Assembly (NCBI RefSeq): GCF_001194135.2
Contig: NC_068990.1
Location: 38,771,304 to 38,819,281, forward strand
DNA: 47,978 bases
Reading direction: 5' to 3'
Source: Octopus bimaculoides
Taxonomy: Eukaryota
In this document: piece by piece, positions 40,662 to 47,978 of the stretch
How the letters are laid out: every line of letters begins with the position of its first letter
How positions within the stretch are numbered: position 1 is the first letter of the stretch
Program-made: the position numbers and the translations under genes
The notes under the pieces: model-generated
What the model was told of the DNA's origin: nothing
The model's input: the letters and a program-made list of their open reading frames with translations, nothing else
Database searches by the model: none

Positions 40662-40859
40662 AATAGCTCTAGTATTGTATTATATATGCACTCCGAACGT
40701 CCACTGCTGAAATCATAAGTCTGCTCTTTCAACACTGACCCGGATATCAACAATCACCAATGTTATGATTAAAGAAATTGAGGGCATCATCTGTATTATT
40801 TATATCGAAGACAATATTACACTATTCAATACACGGTGCATGAAAAAGCAAACGAACAG

Positions 40860-41060
40860 ACAAAGAATAATTTTGAGGGGAGGAACAAGTTAATTACATT
40901 GACTGTAGTATTTCACTGGTACTTATGTTTTTGACTGTGACTAGATGAAAGGCTAAGTTGATCTTGGTGACATTTCAACTCAGCACTTAAAAAGCCAGAA
41001 GAGACACCGTTAAAGCCTTTTGTCCGATGCGAAGATTCTGACGGCTCACCACCTCAGAGG
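40860..41060 (-). mobile_element. Old copy of the 5371-family SINE
   Basis: ttacattgac...ctggtactta...gatgaaaggctaagttgatc...caactcag...gattctgacggctcacc aligns loosely to the 5371 copy. Confidence 0.5.
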
Positions 41061-42057
41061 AGGGAAAGTATATTATTCGATAATGCGGGAGAACGTAACG
41101 GAAATAACTTGGAACTTATACCTAAACTGTTCTACTATTTGAAACACTATTCGCTCTGTTTACCGAAATAATGACAGAACAACGAAGTAAATATTAAGGA
41201 GGGTTTCATCAGTTAGTTATGAAAATATACCTCAGAGATGCAACACTACAGGGAACTCAGCCATTTCATAAACTAATATAAAGTTTCTAGACAAATCTCC
41301 CTCGAATCACATAGAGGTTGAGATTCAATGGCGATTATTATCTTTCTTGCAAACCATCGCATCGACGGATTCAGATGCACCATGAACAGGGAAAAAATTC
41401 TAGTGAAATGTCATTCCGTGCTGTAAGAGATAGAAAAAGTAGTTACTGCAGAAAATGGGAGCTCACAGAACATAGAGATCGAAAAGCAGAGAGACTTTTA
41501 GTGAAGGTGAAATCGTCAAATCAGTCCGAGACGAACAGGACAAAGTTGCAAAAATAGAATAAGCAATGTTTGTGCAGCCAACAGCAGATCTATAAGTTAG
41601 TAGTTTGAGTACTAGCAACTTAACACTAATCATTAGTTACGCTCTGGATGTCTGCGTATATAACCAAAACACTATTCAAGATGTGGAAGAATGTAATATT
41701 CACACTCAATTGAAGTGGTTTTCGGGAGAGACCAAACGACTTGGCCGAGTGAGTGAAAACAATAACAATAGGGCCGGCCTAAATTATCTCCTTTTGGACA
41801 TCATTTATGAAGTCACACTCCATTAGACATAGGCCCTCATAGCGACCGGTTATGGGTCAGAAATGATTCATATGATACACAGACGTTGTAAAAGCCTGGT
41901 GTTTCATGTACATTAATGAGTTCTTGTATTTATATATATTCCGTTTTCAATTCCTCGTTCATCATTTTATGTGGTTAAATTTTCTTCGTTGCTCCTATCT
42001 AAGCCAGCTGGATCACATCAAAACAAAACACAAACGTGTATGTTTATATACAAATTG

Positions 42058-42095
<38 letters not shown>

Positions 42096-42243
42096 AGTGC
42101 ACGTGTGTGTGTGTATGAACGTATTTGTGTATATATGCATGTACGTATGCATACATACACATATATACTGCATGGCCACAGTATAGCGATTGAAAAAGTA
42201 AAAAGGATAAAAGAATACATATACGTATATACACACATACATG

Positions 42244-42319
<76 letters not shown>

Positions 42320-42464
42320 AACATATGTACGTGCGTATGTTTGTGTACGAACTATGTGAATGCGTATCTGTGTGCAATATGTTTGTGTATGAATGCATGT
42401 GTGTTTATGTGTGGGTGCGTATGTGCATGAGCATGTGTGTGTGTGTGTGGGCGTGTGTGTGTGT

Positions 42465-42502
<38 letters not shown>

Positions 42503-42953
42503 CTCGCCCCAGACTGAGAGCTTATCACTCTGAACTTTTGCAAGTAATTCTAAACATCCTTGTCTAAAACAGATAGCTTAACGATGATGGTAACGATGAT
42601 GAAGTTGATGGCGTGGTGGTAAGGGGAGGTAATATTTTAGCTGTGGCTGGTATTGTGGTACTACTACTACTACTACTACTACTACTGGCTATGGTGGTGG
42701 TGGTGGTGGTGATGGGTGGAGTATTGGTGATGGTTCTGGCAGAGATATTGGGGATAGTGTTAGCATGGCAGTTGGTGGAGTAGCAATAATAGTGATATTA
42801 ATAGCGGTTATGATATTACGGCCGTTTCGGCAATGATGCTTTTGGTGGTAATGGGTGTGAGGTGCTGACGATGTTCCTGATGAGGATGGTGGAGCTGATT
42901 GTGCTAGTGATGTAGTAAAGTAATATATATATTTTTTTTAATTATTATTGTAA

Positions 42954-43105
42954 GGCGGCCAAACTGGCAGAATCGTTAGCACGTCGGACGAAATGCTTAG
43001 TGGTATTTCTTCTGTCTTCGGGTTCTGATTTCGACTTCCGTCAAGGCCGACTTAGCCTTTTATCATTCAGGTCGATAAAATAAGTACCAGTTCTGCATTT
43101 TGGTC
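42954..43105 (+). mobile_element. tRNA-derived SINE, 5371 family, plus strand
   Basis: ggcggccaaactggcagaatcgttagcacgtcggacgaaatgcttag...ggtcgataaaataagtaccagtt. Confidence 0.8.
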
Positions 43106-43467
43106 AGTATAATCGAACTTTGGTGGTGGTAGTGCTGGTGATGGTGGTTGTCCTAATAGCTTTTGTGGGATTTGTGAATATGACAATTGTACTTCCAGTG
43201 GTAGTTATCGTGAAAGGTCTTGGTTGTAGTAAGAGTGTTGTTGTTGTTTTTATTGTTGCTGGTGGTGGTGCTGCTGATGCTGGTGTTGGTGGGGGTTGCT
43301 GGGCTAGGGTGGCAGCGGTTCTGGTGATGGCGATGGTGGTACTGGTAGGGCTGTGGTGACGGTGCTCTGTGTCTTGCGATTTGGAGGAGAAAATATGTCG
43401 TTGTTCTTGTTGCTATTTTTGTTGTTGTTGCTGCTGCTGCTGCTGCTGCTGTTGCTTTTGTTGTTGC

Positions 43468-43537
<70 letters not shown>

Positions 43538-43639
43538 AAGATATGTGATTTTACTACTGCTGTGGATCGTCACATTTGAAATGGAATTTGTTTGTGATGG
43601 TTGAGGCAATGTTAGTTATAAAGTCTGGTCTGTCTGTTT

Positions 43640-44473
43640 ATGTTCCATTTCTCGTGAAGTATGGATTCACGCAGTTTCTGCTACTATTCACGGACACACG
43701 GCTACATGTTTATTTATTTTTTATCATTCAATTGTTTCAATCATTAGACTGAATTCGAAACTTCTTGCGACGCGGTGAACAGCTGTGGTGCCACTCCATT
43801 TATTGCTGCTTGGTCTGATGACCGTAATGATGAAACCGAGTTTCATCCATGCTGACTAAACAAGGCATAAAATAAACTTCTCCCGCTGCAAAACAGTCCA
43901 AAATCGCCTTTGAAACTGTCACTCTGATGCGCTGCTGATCTGCGTTCAGGCCTTTTGGTACTCATTTTGCGGAAAGATTTCTCATGTTCGGGATGTCGTG
44001 GATAATGCAGCCAACTGTTTTTTCAGGAAATCCCCAGAGGTTCAGCTATGGCTTCAGCTGAAATCCGGTGATCCTTGAGTACCATGAAGTGCACAGCGTC
44101 GACTTTATGCACTCTAACTGCGAATGCTGGTCTTCCTGATAGGGCTTCATCTGTGAACTCGAAATGATTAGTCCGAAACTTTGACACCCAGATTTTTACT
44201 GTGGAATGAGATGGACAGCCATCCTTAAATATTTCTTTCATTTCACCGTGGATTTCCGCGGTTCCTTTGCTTTGCAAAAAGAGGAAATTTGACTGCCCGT
44301 GACTCAATTTGACAAAATGTATTAAATCTGCAAAAAATGAGAAAGATATATTGTATACCATCGTGACTTTTTGCGCATATTCTCCTAAATAGTTGTCCTA
44401 CATCCGCTGTAAAGTTAACAGCTATACCTTTTCGCGATTCTCTAAAGCCAGGAACTTTTCAGCAGCCCTCGTA
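43640..44473 (-). mobile_element. Mariner (Tc1/mariner) DNA transposon, 3'-truncated and decayed
   Basis: 5' TIR-like TA|CGAGGGCTGCTGAAAAGTTCCTGGCTTT at 44473; helix-turn-helix FTDEALSGRP...DHRISAEAIAEPLGIS; then LSAK*VPKGL...MDETRFHHY...MEWHHSCSPRRKKFR (first catalytic D). No second TIR found. Confidence 0.9.
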
Positions 44474-44530
44474 TGAACGAGCACTTAGTAGCAAATAGAT
44501 TATTTTTCATGTGATGGCAAAATCATCATT

Positions 44531-44564
<34 letters not shown>

Positions 44565-45639
44565 GAATCGTAATCATCATCACAGTTGTCATCGTCATCG
44601 ACATGATTATTGACGCTGTTGTTATTTGTTTTCTGAATTCCTTCTCCCTCTTTCCTATTTTAACTTAAATTTTCACATCGGTTAAAATGTTTGTCTTTGT
44701 GGTTATCCACATCAGGATTATAACAAGCCCCACTGGTAACCTTTATTTTAAATTGGATTTCTTTTTTTAAATGACAGCGAACATAGCAACAACAACAGCA
44801 ACAAAATCCTCAGCAACAACAGCAACTATTGCAGCAACTACTCAGTTGCACTGAAAACACAAAAACCCACGATCTTGTCTATAAATTTGCATTTTATCTG
44901 TTGACTTTCTGCGAAGCGTCACTGCACCTGACAAATGCAATTGTATTCAGTGCATGTTGAGATAGAACACAAAAATAAAATATTAGAAAACTAATATCAA
45001 ACGACAACGATAAGGAAGAGGAAAGACGATGACGACAGCAACGATAACCACGACAACATTTATAAGAAGACTACATCGACAACAACAACAACAACAATAT
45101 TTAAATGGCAACAACACCAGCAAAAACAACAAACGAGGACATGAGTTTACATAAAAATCATTTCAAAACCAATTACCATTAAGAAGGAATTATTGGAGAG
45201 TGTGATGCAGTGCAGTGTGCCATTGAGGTGTGATGGGTTGTGCCGTTAGGGTGTGTGTAGGACGCCTTGTGTGAGTGTCGGTGTTTGCGTGAGACGGTGG
45301 GGGAGCGGTGTCGTCGAGGTGTTTGCGATGTGCAATCGTAGATGTGGTAGGGTGTCCAATTTTCTTGTGGTGGGTTGTGCCGTCATCGCGGTGTGGTGAG
45401 GGTGTGCCAGTGCGGTGAGATCGAGGGAATGGATGGATGTGCTAACTTTTTTTTTTTTCTTTTTTGCTGTAGCACTATTGTGGTGTGGTAATAGTTTGTT
45501 TCCATTGTTGTGAGGTCGGGGTGAGCTTCGTTGGATGAGGAATAAGTATGATGTGATGTTTTACGGTCAGAGGACATGATAACAGTGTTATTGCATCGAA
45601 AACTAAGGCACAAATATGGTTATTGCTTTCATAACCATT

Positions 45640-45658
45640 GCTGCTGCTGCTGCTGCTA

Positions 45659-45716
<58 letters not shown>

Positions 45717-45745
45717 CGATGACGACGACGATGATGATGATGACG

Positions 45746-45777
<32 letters not shown>

Positions 45778-45900
45778 GGTGGTGGTGGTGGTGGTGATAG
45801 TGGTGGTGGTGGTGGTGGTGATGATGATGATGATGATGATGAAACCACCACGACAGCAGCGGTGGCTGTGGCGGCGGCGGCGGCGGCGGCGGCGGTGGCA
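45640..45900. repeat. Mosaic trinucleotide array (GCT, GAT, GAC, GGT, GCG)
   Basis: Read directly; source of the poly-D/H/S/M ORFs. Confidence 0.9.
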
Positions 45901-46342
45901 ACGGCGGTGATGGTGTCGTGGTATTGGTAGTAGAGTCTATATTAGTGGCGATACTAACAATAGCAGTGGTTGTTGTTGTTGTTGTGTTGATTGTGGAAAC
46001 GATGATAATGATGACGCAGAGGCTGACAGGCTTGTCAATGATGATAACGAAGACAACTACGACCACAAACACGGCCAATACCATGTTGCTGATGACGGTG
46101 TCCAGATTGATAATGGTAAAATTCCTTATGTCTAAGTTCGTTGTTAGTGGTGATGCTACTTTTCATGCTCTTGGGATTGAAATTTCCAGTCGTTCTATCG
46201 TCATTGTTATTAACAGAGACAAAACAAGGACAACTCGTTGGGGAAAATAGAAACACTATTTTACCACAGACAACACTATAACACAACAAACAACAGCACT
46301 GCGTCTACAACCCACACTACCACAATCGCTATAAGCCGAGCC

Positions 46343-46840
46343 AATACCACCAGCAACCACTAAGACAACAACTCTACCTCAATAAGCCTCCACCAGAATC
46401 TCAACGTCACATCTACCGCCACAACGATTACTACCACGTTTGCAACGTCCAGTATTAACCGCCACCAACACTACCTCGACCAGTATAACTAATATAAACA
46501 GTATCATTAATAATAATACCACCAGCAACCACTAAGACAACAGCTCTACCTTACTAAACCTCCACCAGAATATTAGCGTCACAACCACCACCACAACGAC
46601 TACCACCATTTTTGCTACGTCCAGTATTAACCGCCATCAACACTACCTCGACCAGTATAACTAATATAAACAGTATCATTAATAATAATACCACCAGCAA
46701 CCAGTAAGACGACAGCTCTACCTCACTAAACCTCCACCAGAATAACAACGTCACAACTACGTCCAGTATTAACAGCCATCAACACTATCTCGACCAGCAT
46801 AACTAATAAAAACAGTATCACTACTAGCAATACCACCACC
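46343..46840. repeat. About 172-bp tandem repeat, about 3 copies
   Basis: aataccacca unit starts at 46343, 46515, 46687 and 46829 (periods 172, 172, 142). Confidence 0.9.
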
Positions 46841-47378
46841 AAAACTACTTTTACTGTATCGTGAATAACCATTATCATAGCAATCACGAAAAAACCCATC
46901 AGAAGAAACCCAACACTTAAAACTACCTCCACAACACCGCTTCAATTACCACTAAGCAACACCACAACACCACCAACACCACCACCACCACCACCACCAC
47001 CACCACCACCATCGTCAACGTCACCAGCAGNNNNNNNNNNNNNNNNNNNNNNNNNNNNNNNNNNNNNNNNNNNNNNNNNNNNNNNNNNNNNNNNNNNNNN
47101 NNNNNNNNNNNNNNNNNNNNNNNNNNNNNNNNNNNNNNNNNNNNNNNNNNNNNNNNNNNNNNNNNNNNNNNNNNNNNNNNNNNNNNNNNNNNNNNNNNNN
47201 NNNNNNNNNNNNNNNNNNNNNNNNNNNNNNNNNNNNNNNNNNNNNNNNAGTGGGGACAAAGTTATAGCAAAATATAAACATTTTAACGTTTTTGAAAATT
47301 ATATTTCTTCATTTTATTTCATTTGTTATTACAACCATTATTTTTTTTTTGGTTTTTCATCATCATTATTATTATCAT

Positions 47379-47440
<62 letters not shown>

Positions 47441-47443
47441 CAT

Positions 47444-47490
<47 letters not shown>

Positions 47491-47923
47491 TTACTATTAT
47501 CGATATTATCATTAGCACCTTGTTTTCGTGTTTTTATGTTGAACGTTTCATAGCCGGAGGACATTGTGCCACACCCATTCTACTACTTCTACCTATATTT
47601 CACCTCTTTATTTCATTAAAATCCCGTGGGGCCACTTTACATTTTCTACCCTGTTCTTACTATGTGCGTGTATGTTTGAGTAAATGTCAGTGCGTGCAAA
47701 AAGTCATATAGATGTGCATGCGTGTGTGCGTATTTGTGTGTGCGTACACACATACACACACACACAAACACGCACGCATACACATGCACACAAACATATA
47801 CACATAATTACAGGCGTGTGCTTATATGTAAATATATACATATATATATGTCTGTCTTCTTCTTTGCATGTATGTATGTAAGTTTGCCTATCTATCTATC
47901 TATCTATCTATCTGTCTATCTAT

Positions 47924-47955
<32 letters not shown>

Positions 47956-47978
47956 ATATATATATATATATATATATA

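Noticed and set aside
43815-43836. CTGATGA...GAAAC hammerhead-like motif
   Set aside because: No stem II pairing; it is the antisense of mariner DETRFHHYGHQT codons.

Overview
Very AT-rich, microsatellite-saturated eukaryotic DNA with 15 assembly gaps (about 4.2 kb of N, almost all flanked by simple repeats). The mix of tRNA-derived SINEs, TAA-tailed LINEs and mariner terminal repeats resembles what I recall of octopus (coleoid cephalopod) genomes; that assignment is inference. I find no supportable host protein-coding gene. The ORF track is almost entirely microsatellite or N-gap artefact, and the few real coding signals are decayed transposons: R4/Dong-like RLE LINE pieces (336-1879), a Tx1/L1-type RT split by a Helitron-like insert (12.35-15.4 kb), an RTE 3' fragment (31.4-31.8 kb), a Penelope-like GIY-YIG fragment (33.2-34.1 kb) and a mariner (43.6-44.5 kb), plus many SINEs. 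The most interesting signals are RNA-structural: a near-complete minimal hammerhead ribozyme motif next to and inverted relative to the Penelope fragment (34152-34256), further decayed hammerhead halves near 40 kb, and a long foldback within a palindrome cluster (40.36-40.68 kb). I do not see convincing evidence of a wholly new biological system. All alignments were done by eye and TE boundaries are approximate.
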